64,000 nucleotides of DNA from contig URMC01000001.1 in the NCBI GenBank assembly GCA_900548735.1, positions 240-64,239 of the forward strand. Direction: 5' to 3'. Under the pieces are notes generated by a model. It was not told where the DNA came from, did no database searches, and saw only the letters and a list, made by a program, of their open reading frames with translations. The stretch comes from an uncultured Eubacteriales bacterium (GTDB lineage Bacteria > Bacillota > Clostridia > Oscillospirales > CAG-272). Positions 1-9,677 of this stretch are shown piece after piece (position 1 is the stretch's first letter; each line of letters opens with the position of its first letter). The position numbers and the translations under genes were made by a program.

Positions 1-544
1 CGCGGTAATAGGCGGAAATCACGCGGGCAAAATCAAAGCCGCCCACCAAAAACTCCACATCCCGCAGGGTGTCTGCAACCAACGCGGTCAGTTTTTCGGT
101 ATTCCCCGCTTCCAACCCCGCTTCTGCCTGCAAGCCGGAAATCCAGCGCGCAATCACCTTGGGTAATGCTCCGCCGTCCGGCGAGGCTTTGGAAGCGAGG
201 TTTTTCATCAGTTCCCGATACGTGGCGACCCCGGTGCCGGAGGTGCCGTACAGACGGCGCTCCGGGGAAAGATCCGCGTCCGCGGTCAGAAAATCGCGCT
301 CCAGCGCATATCCCCGCACCAGTTGCATCAAAAAGCTTTTGCCGCTGCCGTATCTGCCGATGAGAAAGCGCATGGCTGCGCCCCCTTCGCTGACAGTTTC
401 CAGATCGGAGAGAAACGCCCCGATCTCTTCTTTTCTGCCGATGGCAATATACGGCGCGCCGGTGCGCGGCACCACACCCGCCGAAAGAGACGCCAGAAGC
501 GACGTTAATATCCGCCGCGGCACTTTCACTTCTTCTTGCTGCAT
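1..544 (-). CDS. P-loop ATPase, DUF2791/BrxD-like (SngB-like), N-terminal part; continues beyond left edge
   Basis: Absent from the ORF track because there is no stop in the window. Manual translation from ATG 544-542 (SD GGAAAGGATGAG just upstream) gives MQQEEVKVPRRILTSLLASLSAGVVPRTGAPYIAIGRKEEIGAFLSDLETVSEGGAAMRFLIGRYGSGKSFLMQLVRGYALERDFLTADADLSPERRLYG... Walker A is GRYGSGKS. Track ORFs 33..671(-) and 69..707(+) look like Arg/Ser-rich off-frame shadows. Confidence 0.6.
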   Translation of the reverse strand, partial: MQQEEVKVPRRILTSLLASLSAGVVPRTGAPYIAIGRKEEIGAFLSDLETVSEGGAAMRFLIGRYGSGKSFLMQLVRGYALERDFLTADADLSPERRLYGTSGTGVATYRELMKNLASKASPDGGALPKVIARWISGLQAEAGLEAGNTEKLTALVADTLRDVEFLVGGFDFARVISAYYR

Positions 545-624
545 GATCTCTCATCCTTTCCTCAGGCAATATCCAATATCCGTGCTGGGTTTTCGCGGGC
601 GGATATTTTTGCCTGACTGCGTAG

Positions 625-2679
625 TCAATCCAGAACCTGCGCTTCCCGCAGGTCCTCCATATAATCTTCAATCACAGTATAATAGCCGTCTGCATCCTCT
701 AAGATAATGTCGCCGAGAATGTCACAGGCGGCAGTGTTGATTCTGTCCGCCAAGGCATCCGGCATCAGCCCGTGCGCGGCGGCAAAGCGACGCTCTCCCG
801 CGCGGTCGCCCGCGGCGGCAAGCCGCACAAACTCCGCCAGCTCCCCCAGCGCCTTTTGCAGGGGGGATTCCGGTAAAACTTCCTTGACTTTTCCGGAAGT
901 TGCTGTGGTGCCTGCCGGAGCTTCCCTGACGTTTTCCGCCGGATTTTCAGGAGTTTTGTCCGATAAAAGCGAAGTATTTTTTTCAAAAACGCCTGATCTT
1001 TCACCAGAAAAGAACATATTTTCATTACTCAAAAATGAGTCAGGGAAGTTTTGCGTTTTTTTGGCAGAGTCAAGGAAGTTTTGCAGGGTTTCGACAGCCC
1101 GCGGCGTTCCCTTTCCTCCTGCTTCTCCTGCGGGGGTACCTTCCGGCGGCATGGCGACTCGTTTTTCCGTCGCCGTCACTTCCGGCGGGGCGGTCTGATT
1201 TTCCGTTGCGGGGGGTGCCGCTGTGGCAACGGTCCTGTTTCCCGTTACCGGGGGTTCCGGCGTGGGTTCGCCATCCCCGCCAAAGGCTTCCACTAACCGT
1301 CTTGTGGTCTCCCAGGACTCCGCTTCAATTTTCGCGGCACGCTCCGGCGAAACGGGGCGCACAGGAATTTCATAACGTTTTTCGTAGTCCGGTTCCGCCT
1401 TTTTCTCATACCGTATCGGGGCTTTTTTTGGAATTGCCCCCTCCAGGTATGCGTCAAGAACGCGGCGCAATTCCGTGCTGATCTGGTACACCGTGAGGCG
1501 TGATTTGACCGAAATTTTTGCCCGGATGGCGTTTTCGGCATATTTCAGCACGTCTGTCATGATATACCGCAACTCGTGCGTATGGGAGAAAGAGGCATAG
1601 TCCACCTCAATCCGCCGTTTGAGGCGATAGGAGCATACCGCCCCTGCAAATGCATCCCGCGTAATGGTGGAGACCCCGGCGCTGTGCCCGATCCCTCCGT
1701 TTTTCTCCCGAAAAAAGGACAGTGCCGCCGCCACCGCGCCGGAAAGCACCCGATCATACAGCTCCGCCGTATCCGCACGGTAAAACTTGCTTTTTTTATA
1801 GTCATAGTTGTTACAGAACAAGAGGATTGCCAGCACCTCCTCCTCTGCCCCCTGCCAGCCGGAAACATAAAACTCCTTGAGCCGGCATCCGGCAAGTAGT
1901 TCCCCATACAATGCCCTTGGCAGTGCCGGGGGCGGCAGGCGGTGCAACAGCGAATAATCACAGAGCCACTCCCGCACCAGCACGTCCAGCCGCGGGTGCT
2001 CCCCGCGATAGGAGAGCCAGAGACGGAGAATGTTTTGTTGCCCCTCCTCCGGCGGGATTTTGCCGGAAAGGTTGATTTGCTCATACAAATACAACAAGAG
2101 ATAGGAAAACGCCGCGTGCAGGTAAATTCCTTTGCGGAAATTGGTGCGCCACCACAGGTAATAATGCAACTGTTCCCTTGTCAGTTGCGTATATTGCGGC
2201 ATATAGGAGAAAATGTCAACCTCTGCGCACTCGCTCCCCTCCCGCGGGTGTAATTTCAGCGCATGAACGCGAAACTGCTCATAATAAGTGTACGCCGTGC
2301 GCCATGGGTAAATACGCACCTCATGAAGCAGAGAGTGCTCCGGGCGGTACACCGTCTCCGGCTCCTCGTGGAGCGGTTCCTTTGCCGCATAGGGGTTGAC
2401 CGGGCGCTCGCGCAACGGCACGTCCGCGTCAACAAATACGCCGCCCGTGCCGGTAAGGGTCCCTCGTGCAGGGGCAGTCTCTTCCGGCGCGGCAGGTTGC
2501 GTTGCACCGGTACCGGGGGCAAGCACGGGATTTACCGTGATATCCCCCGGCAACACCCCGGCAGGCACGGTAATTTCCACCGTTGAGGTATCCGGGGAAA
2601 AGCCTTTGGAAGCAGGCACTTTTTTGGGGGGAGGTAACAGATCATCCAAGTTCCAGAAATCCTTCGGATCATCACTCAT
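625..2679 (-). CDS. TerB-N / TerB-C domain protein (SngA-like)
   Basis: Track ORF 625..2799. Preferred start is ATG 2679 (MSDDPKDF..., SD GGAAAGGAG upstream). The block FSYMPQYTQLTREQLHYYLWWRTNFRKGIYLHAAFSYLLLYLYEQINL looks TerB-N-like. The C-terminus DRINTAACDILGDIILEDADGYYTVIEDYMEDL looks TerB-C-like. A Pro/Thr/Ala-rich linker lies between them. Confidence 0.6.
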   Translation of the reverse strand: MSDDPKDFWNLDDLLPPPKKVPASKGFSPDTSTVEITVPAGVLPGDITVNPVLAPGTGATQPAAPEETAPARGTLTGTGGVFVDADVPLRERPVNPYAAKEPLHEEPETVYRPEHSLLHEVRIYPWRTAYTYYEQFRVHALKLHPREGSECAEVDIFSYMPQYTQLTREQLHYYLWWRTNFRKGIYLHAAFSYLLLYLYEQINLSGKIPPEEGQQNILRLWLSYRGEHPRLDVLVREWLCDYSLLHRLPPPALPRALYGELLAGCRLKEFYVSGWQGAEEEVLAILLFCNNYDYKKSKFYRADTAELYDRVLSGAVAAALSFFREKNGGIGHSAGVSTITRDAFAGAVCSYRLKRRIEVDYASFSHTHELRYIMTDVLKYAENAIRAKISVKSRLTVYQISTELRRVLDAYLEGAIPKKAPIRYEKKAEPDYEKRYEIPVRPVSPERAAKIEAESWETTRRLVEAFGGDGEPTPEPPVTGNRTVATAAPPATENQTAPPEVTATEKRVAMPPEGTPAGEAGGKGTPRAVETLQNFLDSAKKTQNFPDSFLSNENMFFSGERSGVFEKNTSLLSDKTPENPAENVREAPAGTTATSGKVKEVLPESPLQKALGELAEFVRLAAAGDRAGERRFAAAHGLMPDALADRINTAACDILGDIILEDADGYYTVIEDYMEDLREAQVLD

Positions 2680-2865
2680 GGTCTGCTCCTTTCCGCGCCC
2701 GGCGCCTGTATTTTGTAATATTTTATTATACCATGCCCCTGCCCGTCTGTCAAGGCTTCCTGCGGGGGAAGGCGGAAAAATTCCCGCCTGCTCTTGCATT
2801 CCTGCCCCGCTTGGGTTATAATAGAAAACGCCAAGGAACGATAGTATGATTACCTTTTTCGCTCC

Positions 2866-3867
2866 ATGGCAAATTCCGCAGGAAAGGAAGCTCCGCCACC
2901 GCGAGAGCCGGCGTCAAAAATGAGGATCGTGGACCTGAAAACTCCCACAAAGGATTATGAATACCCCGGCGATTGCGGTCTTTGCCTCGGTTTTTTTGAC
3001 GGCGTTCACTTGGGGCATCAGGCGCTGATCCGGAAACTGCAGGAGGAAAACAAAAAAAGAGAGCACGCCCTGCCTTTAGGTGCCCTCTGTTTTACCAGTT
3101 CACCAAAGGATTACTTTTCCCCCACTCCTACTCCCCTGCTGACTCCTTTGCCGCAAAAACTGGAAAAACTGCGCCAGGCGGGGCTCCGCTTTGCGGTGCT
3201 TTATGACTTTCCGGAGATCCGGGATCTGGATGCGTTTGATTTTGTAAAGGATATCCTGATCAAAACGCTTCGCTGCCGCCTGCTGGTCTGCGGGTACAAC
3301 TTCACTTTCGGCAAAGATGCAAAGGGCACGCCGAAGGAGCTTGCGCAATACTTTGGTTCTCAACCCAACCGCTCCTTTTTTGAGGTGCCCGCGGTCAAAA
3401 AGGACGGTCAAGCCGTCAGTGCGTCTCTGATCCGCATGATGCTGAACGTCGGGCATCCGGAAGCGGCTGCACGGTTGCTTGGCACTGCATACGCCGTGAC
3501 CGGAAAGGTGCGCGACGGGCGGCACGTGGGGCGCACACTGGGTGTACCCACCGCAAATATGTATTTTGAAAACGGATATCTTGTGCCGCGGCACGGCGTT
3601 TATATCACCACAATCAAAGTGGACGGCAGAACCTACTCCGGTATCAGCAATGTAGGCATCCGCCCGACCTTTGACTGTGAAGACGGCGTAAACTGTGAGT
3701 CGTTTCTGTTTGACTTCAGCGGTACGCTGTATCAGAAAAACATTACGGTGTCCTTTCTCCGTTTCATCCGCCAGGAGAAGAAGTTTGAGACCTCCGCCGC
3801 CCTGAGAGAGCAGATTCAAATGGACATCAACAGCGCCAAGAAATATTTCGATGGGCATTGGTATTGA
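2866..3867 (+). CDS. ribF: bifunctional riboflavin kinase / FMN adenylyltransferase
   Basis: Contains GFFDGVHLGHQALI (nucleotidyltransferase motif) and a C-terminal riboflavin kinase block (GVPTANM...HGVY...GISNVGIRPTF). An alternative start is ATG 2920 (MRIVDLKT). Confidence 0.9.
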   Translation: MANSAGKEAPPPREPASKMRIVDLKTPTKDYEYPGDCGLCLGFFDGVHLGHQALIRKLQEENKKREHALPLGALCFTSSPKDYFSPTPTPLLTPLPQKLEKLRQAGLRFAVLYDFPEIRDLDAFDFVKDILIKTLRCRLLVCGYNFTFGKDAKGTPKELAQYFGSQPNRSFFEVPAVKKDGQAVSASLIRMMLNVGHPEAAARLLGTAYAVTGKVRDGRHVGRTLGVPTANMYFENGYLVPRHGVYITTIKVDGRTYSGISNVGIRPTFDCEDGVNCESFLFDFSGTLYQKNITVSFLRFIRQEKKFETSAALREQIQMDINSAKKYFDGHWY

Positions 3868-4020
3868 ACAAATTTCCATTTTTAAGAACTTTATTTTCCA
3901 AAATTATTCAAAATAATTCTATCTACGCTGAAAAATTTTTTATATTTTTGCCGTTTTATTCCGAAAGCACGGGCTTTTTGCCATATAAAAGAATTCCTGC
4001 GCTTTTTTATCAAAAAGCCC

Positions 4021-4049
4021 TTGATTTTCAAAGCAAAATGTGGTATACT
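4021..4049 (+). promoter_or_regulatory. sigma-A type promoter upstream of tRNA-Ser(CGA)
   Basis: TTGATT (4021-4026), 17-nt spacer, TG-extended TATACT (4044-4049), about 38 nt upstream of the tRNA 5' end. Confidence 0.5.
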
Positions 4050-4086
4050 GTGTTTCGTGATTTCGGGAAGCTGGAATCCGCAATAC

Positions 4087-4175
4087 GGAAGCGTATCGAA
4101 GTGGTCATAACGGCCCTGACTCGAAATCAGGTAGCCCGCAAGGGCTCGTGGGTTCGAATCCCACCGCTTCCGCCA
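4087..4175 (+). tRNA. tRNA-Ser (anticodon CGA)
   Basis: Acceptor GGAAGCG / CGCTTCC, then G-CCA. Anticodon stem-loop CCTGA-CTCGAAA-TCAGG. Long variable arm (GCCCGCAAGGGC). T-arm GGGTTCGAATCCC. Confidence 0.9.
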
Positions 4176-4310
4176 AATAATCAGCCGGATTCCGGTTTTC
4201 CGGGTTCGGCTGATTCATATCATGTCACCGGAGGTAGAGCGTCGTAACGCTCGGGGATCGTAAGGCGCAAGCCTTGCAGGCCGCATACCGGATTAGGTGT
4301 CGAGTGCGCT

Positions 4311-4350
4311 CGGTTATTACTTAGTAATGACCGGGTATTTTTTATTTTTT
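4311..4350 (+). terminator. intrinsic terminator / attenuator immediately upstream of the GNAT gene RBS
   Basis: Hairpin CGGTTATTAC-T-TAGTAATGACCG followed by GGTATTTTTTATTTTTTT, then GGAGGT and ATG 4362. Confidence 0.55.
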
Positions 4351-4361
4351 TGGAGGTACAT

Positions 4362-4913
4362 ATGAACAACACAAAAGTAACCCTTGCACCACTGGAAGCG
4401 GAAGATCGTGAGCAGTTCATTCTTGATAATCAGGAGTCTTTCAAGTATGGTGCGGCGGAAGAATTCGGTCTGCGGGACGATCATTTTGAGGAGGACGGCG
4501 AAATCATTTCCCGTGCGACGATTGAGCAAAGCATTGATGCGCCTGACAGCGAAGCATACCGGATTCTGTATGAAGGCAGAAAGGTTGGCGGGGTGGTGCT
4601 GAAAATCGACAAAGAGACACATCACAATGAGCTTGAGCTTCTTTTCGTTTCGCCGAAGGAACACAGCAAAGGCATCGGCTATGGCGCTTGGCTTGCTGTG
4701 GAAGCTCTGCACCCCGAAACCAAGGTCTGGGAGACCTGCACGCCATATTTTGAAAAGCGCAATATCCATTTTTATATCAACAAATGCGGTTTTCACGCCG
4801 TTGAGTTTTTCTCCGCCATGCACCCGGATCCGAATCCGCCGGAGAAAGACGAACAATCATTCCCCGGCGAGGGGCCGGATGAAATGTTCCGCTTTGAAAA
4901 AGTTATGAAGTGA
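4362..4913 (+). CDS. GNAT family N-acetyltransferase
   Basis: Track ORF 4350..4913. ATG 4362 is preceded by GGAGGT. The LELLFVSPKEHSKGIGYGAW...YINKCGFHAVEFF block is GNAT acetyl-CoA-site-like. Confidence 0.8.
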   Translation: MNNTKVTLAPLEAEDREQFILDNQESFKYGAAEEFGLRDDHFEEDGEIISRATIEQSIDAPDSEAYRILYEGRKVGGVVLKIDKETHHNELELLFVSPKEHSKGIGYGAWLAVEALHPETKVWETCTPYFEKRNIHFYINKCGFHAVEFFSAMHPDPNPPEKDEQSFPGEGPDEMFRFEKVMK

Positions 4914-5006
4914 TTATATCAACATATAGAATTTTCGGTTGAAAAATCCGGGGATTTGTGTTATGATAAAAGTAACTCAAAGTTTCAGGGAAAGAGGGAC
5001 GATTGG

Positions 5007-5519
5007 ATGGAAAGAAAGCATTTCAGCCGCGGCACGATGATCGGCGGGGTTGTGCGGATCATTGTTGCACTGATTACGATGGCGATTGCCGGGTTTGTGG
5101 TGGCTTCCGGCATTCGGATGAAAACCGAGGAGACCACATTTGCGGTCATGTTTATGTGTTTTGTGGGCGGAATCATCATGATTGCATCGCTCTGCTTTAT
5201 CGGCGGTGGAATCAAAATGATCATTGACGGCAAAAAATCCTTTGAGGTCGCCAGAAAAGGGCGCGCCGGAAATGGCAGAATTCTTGATCTTTCGGAAACG
5301 CAGGTGACCGAGCGCCACAACGGTTGCGTTTCCCATTACACCATCTACAACCTGAAATTTGAATATACGGACGACTCCGGCAACCTGTGCGAAAGCGAAG
5401 AGCAGGTCAGCCAAAGTATTTATGAAAAACTGCGCCGGGTGACGCTCGTTCCCATTCTTGTATACAGAGAGCGGGCGATATTCGATAAAAAAAGATTTGA
5501 TCGGGAAACTGTCGGTTAA
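5007..5519 (+). CDS. membrane protein (two N-terminal TM helices plus small beta-rich domain, DUF3592-like)
   Basis: Start at MERKHFSRGTMIGGVVRIIVALITMAIAGFVV, with a second hydrophobic helix FAVMFMCFVGGIIMIASLCFIGG. Family assignment is tentative. Confidence 0.6.
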   Translation: MERKHFSRGTMIGGVVRIIVALITMAIAGFVVASGIRMKTEETTFAVMFMCFVGGIIMIASLCFIGGGIKMIIDGKKSFEVARKGRAGNGRILDLSETQVTERHNGCVSHYTIYNLKFEYTDDSGNLCESEEQVSQSIYEKLRRVTLVPILVYRERAIFDKKRFDRETVG

Positions 5520-5661
5520 ATTTTGGAAAGCCATAGCTTTGCTTTGACGCAAATGACAACCCGACAGATAATATCCTGTAAAAAAGGCGCTTGATTACAA
5601 GCGCCTTTTGTTCTCTTATGAAACACCCGCTCCGGGCTGTTGCCCGGAGCGGGTGTTCGGT

Positions 5662-6483
5662 TTACAGCACCTTGGCAAGGAAGTTTTTGAGCCTCTCTGA
5701 CTTCGGCTTGGTGAAAATCTCCTCCGGGGTGCCCTGCTCGGCAATAATGCCGTCTGCCATAAACAGCACCCGGTCGGCGACCTCACGCGCAAAGCCCATT
5801 TCGTGCGTTACGATCACCATGGTCATCCCATCGTCTGCCAGCTTTTTGATCAGATCCAGCACCTCACCCACCATCTCGGGGTCAAGGGCGGAGGTTGGCT
5901 CGTCAAACAGCATCACTTTCGGGTTCATTGCCAGCGCGCGCACAATGGCGATTCTCTGCTTCTGCCCGCCGGAAAGCGTGGAGGGGTACTGATCCGCTTT
6001 ATCCGAAAGCCCGATACGGGAAAGTAGCTCCAGCGCGCGGGTTTTGGCGTTTTCCACGATCTGCGCTTTGGTGGTTTCTACCGGCAGTTTTTTGGCTTTG
6101 GAAAGGAAAAGGTTTTTCCGTTTCGTGCGGCGCAGATTCCGCTTGCCGACATATACCGGCGCCAGCATAATGTTTTCCAGCACCGTTTTATTGTTGAACA
6201 GATTAAACTGCTGAAACACCATCCCGATATGTTCCCGATGGGTATTGATGTTCACTTTCATATCCGCCAGGTCAACGCCCTCAAAATAAACCGCGCCCTC
6301 GCTGGGGTCCTCCATACAGTTCAGACACCGGAGAAAGGTGGATTTTCCGCTCCCGGAGGGGCCGATAATCGCCACTTTTTCCCCGTTGCGGATCACCTCG
6401 TCGATATGATCCAGCACCAGCAAAGAGCCGTAGCGCTTGGTCAGCCCTTTGGTCTCAATCAGAGTATCAGTGTTTGCGTTCAT
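5662..6483 (-). CDS. amino acid ABC transporter ATP-binding protein
   Basis: Walker [10 protein letters not shown], signature LSGGQKQR, Walker [12 protein letters not shown] ~30-aa basic insertion ([20 protein letters not shown]...) is present. Confidence 0.9.
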   Translation of the reverse strand: MNANTDTLIETKGLTKRYGSLLVLDHIDEVIRNGEKVAIIGPSGSGKSTFLRCLNCMEDPSEGAVYFEGVDLADMKVNINTHREHIGMVFQQFNLFNNKTVLENIMLAPVYVGKRNLRRTKRKNLFLSKAKKLPVETTKAQIVENAKTRALELLSRIGLSDKADQYPSTLSGGQKQRIAIVRALAMNPKVMLFDEPTSALDPEMVGEVLDLIKKLADDGMTMVIVTHEMGFAREVADRVLFMADGIIAEQGTPEEIFTKPKSERLKNFLAKVL

Positions 6484-7270
6484 TCTTTGCCAGTTTCCTT
6501 TCCATCAGTTTCACAAGGGATGCGATCACCGCCACAATCACGATATACAGCGCCGCCATCACCAGATACGGGATCATATACTCGTAAGAATTGGAGCCCT
6601 GCATCTGGAAGTATCTCGTAATATCCACCGCGCCGACATAGCCGACCACGGCAGTCTCTTTGATCAGGGCAATAAACTCATTGCCAAGGGTCGGGAGGAT
6701 ATTTTTGATTGCCTGCGGCACCACGATTTTCAGCATTGCCACCGAAAACGGCATACCGACCGCGCGCGCCGCCTCCAGCTGACCGGGGTCCACCGAGTGG
6801 ATGCCGCCGCGCATGATCTCGGAGATATACGCCCCGCTGTTCAGCCCGAAAATCAGCACACAGGAACCGACGGACGACATTTTAAGCCCGATCAGGGGCA
6901 ACAGGATGTAATAGCCCACCAAAAGCTGCACCACGATCGGCGTTCCGCGGAAAAACGCCACATACACGCCGCACACCTTTTGCGCATAGCGCGTGACTTT
7001 TTTGTAGGGAGGAATCACCTTGACCACGGCGATCAACGTGCCGATCACAATACCGATTCCAAGACCGAACACCGCAATCAGCGCGGTGTTTTTCATCCCG
7101 TTCAACAGCATTTTATAGCCGTTGTTGGTGATGAAATAGTCCTTGAAAATGCCCCACTTTTTGGGGAAATTATTCTGCACCGAAACCTGCACCGCCAGCA
7201 GTACCAGCAGTGCCGCCACTGCCAGAATCACCAGCACATCTATCCAGTGTTTCTTCAAAAACTTTGTCAT
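6467..7270 (-). CDS. amino acid ABC transporter permease
   Basis: Polytopic. The HisM/GlnP-type EAA-like region is [14 protein letters not shown]. It overlaps the ATPase gene start by 17 nt. Confidence 0.85.
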   Translation of the reverse strand: MTKFLKKHWIDVLVILAVAALLVLLAVQVSVQNNFPKKWGIFKDYFITNNGYKMLLNGMKNTALIAVFGLGIGIVIGTLIAVVKVIPPYKKVTRYAQKVCGVYVAFFRGTPIVVQLLVGYYILLPLIGLKMSSVGSCVLIFGLNSGAYISEIMRGGIHSVDPGQLEAARAVGMPFSVAMLKIVVPQAIKNILPTLGNEFIALIKETAVVGYVGAVDITRYFQMQGSNSYEYMIPYLVMAALYIVIVAVIASLVKLMERKLAKNERKH

Positions 7271-7395
7271 TCTCGATTTTTCCTTTCGGGTTTTTCAAAA
7301 AAGGGGCATAACGGGGTGAAAAACGCATGATTTTCGGAGGTATTTAACGCAAGCAAAGCGGGGAGTTCACTCCCCGCTTTTGCAAGTGGCACCAA

Positions 7396-8313
7396 TCAGT
7401 TTGCCGCGTTGACGTTCTTGACAATCGCCTTTGCGGGACCCTGGTCGATCACCACGAAATTGATGTTGCCGTTGAAGATTTCCTGCACGGCGAGTGCGCC
7501 GCTGGCATAGCCGACCGTGGTGTACTTGAAGCCGGCAAAGCCCATGCCGGAATCACCCTTGCCGTAAAGCTCACCGGTGGTGCCGCTCTGCACGCCGACC
7601 TTGGTGGTTTCGGTGTAACCTTTCAGAATCGCTTCCACATCGGCTGCGGTCTTGCAGTTGTCAAAGGTGGTGTTGTTTTCGGCAACAACAATCACCTGAG
7701 AAGCATTGTAGTAGGAATCCGAAAAGTCCAGGGTTTCTTTTCTCGTCTCGCTCACGGTAAGACCAGCCGCCGCCACGTCGCACGTGCCGCCTGCAACCGT
7801 TACGGTCTTGCCGCTCTCATCCTTGTAGGTACCGCCCGCAGCGGAAACCGCAAGGCAAACTGCGTCAAACGCCATGTTACTGATGTAGAGCTCTTTGCCC
7901 AGTTTCTCGGCAAACAGTTTCATAATCTCCATATCGATGCCGTAGTAATTTTCGCCTTTCATATATTCAAAAGGCTCAAACTCGGCGTTGGTCGCCACGA
8001 TCAGCTGGCTGCCGTCGGTCTTCATCTCTTTGGCGGAGGTCACGGCGCTCGGCGTGCCGTTACCGAAGAACTTGTTGACGATCTCGTCAAACTTGCCGTT
8101 GGCTTTGATCTCGGCAAGGAAGCTGTTGAGTGCGGTCAGCATCTCGGTATTGCCCTTTGCCACGGCGAACGCGTAAACCTCATCGGTCAGTGGAATGTCG
8201 ATCACTTTCAGCGCCTTTTTGTTGGTCTCATCGTTCTTTTTGCAGGAGGACAGTGCGGCAACACAGCCGGCAACCATCAGTACTGCAAGTACCAGTGCTA
8301 CAATCTTTTTCAT
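7396..8313 (-). CDS. amino acid ABC transporter substrate-binding lipoprotein
   Basis: Start MKKIVALVLAVLMVAGCVAALSSC (signal peptide plus lipobox) at ATG 8313. This fits the promoter at 8362-8390. The track start 8373 would lie upstream of the predicted TSS. Confidence 0.85.
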   Translation of the reverse strand: MKKIVALVLAVLMVAGCVAALSSCKKNDETNKKALKVIDIPLTDEVYAFAVAKGNTEMLTALNSFLAEIKANGKFDEIVNKFFGNGTPSAVTSAKEMKTDGSQLIVATNAEFEPFEYMKGENYYGIDMEIMKLFAEKLGKELYISNMAFDAVCLAVSAAGGTYKDESGKTVTVAGGTCDVAAAGLTVSETRKETLDFSDSYYNASQVIVVAENNTTFDNCKTAADVEAILKGYTETTKVGVQSGTTGELYGKGDSGMGFAGFKYTTVGYASGALAVQEIFNGNINFVVIDQGPAKAIVKNVNAAN

Positions 8314-8361
8314 TTTATTTTTCCCTTTCGTTTCTTGCGATGTCGTCGCTTTGATGTTGCC

Positions 8362-8390
8362 ATTATATCGCATAAATATTCACTTGTCAA
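8362..8390 (-). promoter_or_regulatory. sigma-A promoter of the ABC transporter operon
   Basis: On the minus strand: TTGACA (8390-8385), 17-nt spacer, TATAAT (8367-8362). Confidence 0.6.
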
Positions 8391-8570
8391 GGGGTTTTTG
8401 AAAATTTATTCATTTGGATAGATTCGCCGAGCGGCGGTAGGTCGGTTTTATGCAATTCGTACAACAATTCGTGTAAAAAAGGAAGAAGCCGGCACTTTTC
8501 GATGCCGATTTCTTCCTTTTTCGCGTCTGTATTCAAATATCAAGAGTGAATATATTCATTAAATTATGCA

Positions 8571-9677
8571 TTAAATCTTTGCCGCTTCCCGGATTTTCGC
8601 CGCGGTTTCCTTAGCGGTACCGTCCGCGCGCACGGTCAGATCGCAGAGCTGTTCGTTGCGGTATTCATCGTCCAGCGAAAGGATGCGGCAGGTCTTGTCC
8701 TTAGCGTCAAGGTCGCGGGTGACGATTTCGTGGATGACCGCCGTGCGGCTTCGGTCCAGGAAAACCAGCAGCGCCTGTTCACGATAGCGGTTTTTCAGCG
8801 TCAGCGCACCGCAGATGTCAATCGGGATGACTGCCACGTGCCCGCGCGACACAATGCGGTCAATTTCCTCTGCCCCGGTGCCGAAATAGTGCCCGCTGTA
8901 CACCGTGGTTTCCAGATACCGCCCGGCTTCCGCTTCCTTTAAAAATTCCTTTTTGGTGAGAAACCGATAATCCCCCTCGCTCTCGCCCTCTCGCCTTGGT
9001 CTTGTGGTGGAGGTAAGCGGCTTTTCGATATGCGGCTCATGCGTCAGTTCCCGCGCGATGGCGTTTTTGCCACTGCCGGTGGGCGCAACCAGACACAGCA
9101 CCCCACCGTTTGAAAGGTCAGGCGTAACCTCCGAAAACGCGCGGCAGACCATATCCACCAAATGGAGAAAATCGTCATAGGAGTTGACCGACAGGAGCCC
9201 GGACAGGTGGGTATTCCACGGTTTGCGGAACAGCACCGGGTACGCCGCCGGGGAGTGCACGATGTTGTGCGCGCCGTCGTCAAGCAAGATATCCAGATGC
9301 ACGAGATCCTTTCTGGTTCCCAGCAGAATATTGCCCTCCGGCACCCACGGGAAATCCCGGCACAGCCGCATGGCGCGGGCGCTCATACACTCCGGAGGGA
9401 CTGCCGAAACAAAAAACACGTCCGCTTTACGGCAAAGCGCCTCCACAAATTCCACCGCGCCCGGCAACACCGGTTGCGCGGCGACAAATTCCGGGTCGCT
9501 AAAATAACGCAGGCGCGCGTCGGTCACGCTACCGGTCTGCCCCCAGCCGTCAATATCATAAATGGTAAGGGGCGGGTCGATCTTCTCCTCCCTGCACAGC
9601 CGCGCCAAGGCATAGGCGTTACAGTCATACAGGATGTCGTCCACATCCAGTCCCACACGCAAACGGTATTTTTGCAT
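8571..9677 (-). CDS. fusion protein: 5'(3')-deoxyribonucleotidase-like (HAD/NT5C) N-domain plus guanylate kinase-like C-domain
   Basis: N-terminal VGLDVDDILYDCN (DxDx motif) ... LLDDGAHNI. C-terminal P-loop APTGSGKN, TTRPRREGESEGDYRFLTKKEF, and YLETTVYSGHYFGT typical of guanylate kinase. Confidence 0.7.
   Translation of the reverse strand: MQKYRLRVGLDVDDILYDCNAYALARLCREEKIDPPLTIYDIDGWGQTGSVTDARLRYFSDPEFVAAQPVLPGAVEFVEALCRKADVFFVSAVPPECMSARAMRLCRDFPWVPEGNILLGTRKDLVHLDILLDDGAHNIVHSPAAYPVLFRKPWNTHLSGLLSVNSYDDFLHLVDMVCRAFSEVTPDLSNGGVLCLVAPTGSGKNAIARELTHEPHIEKPLTSTTRPRREGESEGDYRFLTKKEFLKEAEAGRYLETTVYSGHYFGTGAEEIDRIVSRGHVAVIPIDICGALTLKNRYREQALLVFLDRSRTAVIHEIVTRDLDAKDKTCRILSLDDEYRNEQLCDLTVRADGTAKETAAKIREAAKI

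Noticed and set aside
33-707. Track ORFs 33..671(-) and 69..707(+) at the left edge.
   Set aside because: A third frame on the minus strand gives a clean P-loop ATPase N-terminus with a good SD. The two track ORFs are Arg/Ser/Pro-rich and overlap it.
4036-4049. Shared 15-mer AAAATGTGGTATACT at the tRNA-Ser(CGA) promoter (4036-4049) and the R-M operon promoter (10662-10676).
   Set aside because: It is just the extended -10 (TGnTATACT) plus an A-rich spacer. It is too short to indicate homology or a common regulator.
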